A stretch of 19,956 nt of DNA from a virus, in IMG/VR virus record IMGVR_UViG_3300045988_162015; one strand, written 5' to 3'. This document shows positions 19,323 through 19,956 of the stretch, piece after piece. The translations under genes and the position numbers were made by a program. Under the pieces are notes generated by a model. It saw only the letters and a list, made by a program, of their open reading frames with translations. It did no database searches and was not told where the DNA came from. Position 1 is the stretch's first letter. Each line of letters begins with the position of its first letter.

Positions 19323-19403
19323 TCAAAATGTCAAGAGGACAACGACAAAACATAGCAAGTTCTCTTGTGTGACGTAAAATGACCGGCAAACGCGGATAGC
19401 ACC

Positions 19404-19494
19404 GAACCGCCTGCACCTTGACAAGTGAATCTAAGCCGAACGCCTGCACCGTACAGCGGACGCGATGGTAGAACATAGCAAGTGCGGTGCAGGC
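19404..19494. repeat. GC-rich repeat cluster in the leader. It has gcctgcacc twice as direct copies, a 10-bp inverted repeat (gcctgcaccg / cggtgcaggc), and acatagcaagt repeated at 19351 and 19473.
   Basis: Read directly from the sequence. Confidence 0.6.
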
Positions 19495-19581
19495 AGTAGG
19501 GCAGTCCAACGCCTACGGCAGACAGCAACACGGACAGCTGACAACTAACAGTCAAATAATATGTAAAGGATTGGTAAAATC

Positions 19582-19956
19582 ATGGTATATGCAATTAAAA
19601 CAAGCGAACAGGACAAACAGAAAGCTATCAAGGCAGAGTTAGCAGAACAGGCACAAGACTTGATAGCATATGTCAAGCAATACCATATTCTAGGCAATAG
19701 CTTCGACTATGATGGTATGCTGGACAAGTATCATGAATATGCGGCGAAGAATATTCAGCAATGGGACAACCTGACATGGGCTATTCATAGTGCTGAATAT
19801 GACTTGGAGCACACGGACTATAACATGGATATGGAAACCGGCAATCCATGTGTCGCATATGAGGCCGCCTACGAGAAGCTGACAGACTTACAGGACGAGG
19901 CCGAGGAATGGGCGGATATCTTTGAACATATGCTCGAAGACTTCTTCTACAAACTG
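19582..19956 (+). CDS. Very acidic hypothetical protein, partial (125 codons, open to the window end). It has GC-richer codon usage and is an anti-restriction or DNA-mimic candidate.
   Basis: ATG at 19582 sits 11 nt after AAAGGA. There is no stop before the window end, so the track omits it. Codons such as GAC, CAG and AAG are favoured, unlike the AT-rich region. It lies downstream of tandem consensus promoters. Confidence 0.5.
   Translation, partial: MVYAIKTSEQDKQKAIKAELAEQAQDLIAYVKQYHILGNSFDYDGMLDKYHEYAAKNIQQWDNLTWAIHSAEYDLEHTDYNMDMETGNPCVAYEAAYEKLTDLQDEAEEWADIFEHMLEDFFYKL

Noticed and set aside
19418-19451. A third promoter at TTGACA 19418-19423.
   Set aside because: No acceptable -10 hexamer lies 16-18 nt downstream; the sequence there is cgcctgcacc.
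19147-19555. Minus-strand track ORFs 19147..19509 and 19331..19555.
   Set aside because: They lie in the GC-rich island, where AT-rich stop codons are rare, so long ORFs arise by chance. They run antisense to the promoters and leader, have no SD, and are Cys/Arg-rich oddities.
19140-19580. A retron or other reverse-transcriptase-associated ncRNA.
   Set aside because: The downstream ORF has no RT motifs. The repeats do not form the a1/a2 arrangement flanking msr-msd.
1-19956. A suppressor tRNA or other tRNA genes.
   Set aside because: I scanned for GTTCRANYC T-loop-like motifs on both strands and found no convincing cloverleaf candidate. The decoder of TAG is probably encoded elsewhere.

Overview
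The window is an AT-rich (~30% GC) tailed-phage or prophage segment. Positions 1-17830 are almost entirely minus-strand coding, but the six-frame ORF track fragments the genes because TAG is a sense codon here (genetic-code-15-like, presumably TAG=Gln). Reading TAG through joins the minus-strand fragments into a contiguous packaging, head and tail module. From high to low coordinate it runs: two zinc-ribbon proteins (terminase small subunit candidate), terminase large subunit, a small DUF559/Vsr-like nuclease, portal, protease/scaffold-like protein, major capsid protein, several head-tail or neck proteins, two large tail proteins, a chaperone-like protein, and the start of a tape-measure-like gene. 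Every real stop I could verify is TAA. Nearly every real start carries a strong AAGGAGG-type Shine-Dalgarno site, and internal Mets lack one. A short plus-strand early-type cluster follows at 17939-18888 (small basic protein, membrane protein, AbrB/MazE-fold regulator), driven by consensus sigma70 promoters that share a recurring motif. From about 19050 to the end, composition and codon usage switch abruptly to roughly 45-50% GC. This island holds a C8 tract, inverted repeats, two tandem consensus promoters with A-tract UP elements, a repeat-rich ~250-nt GC-rich leader, and a partial gene for a very acidic protein. No tRNA, CRISPR array or IS element was recognised. Coordinates come from hand translation and may be off by a few nucleotides in places.
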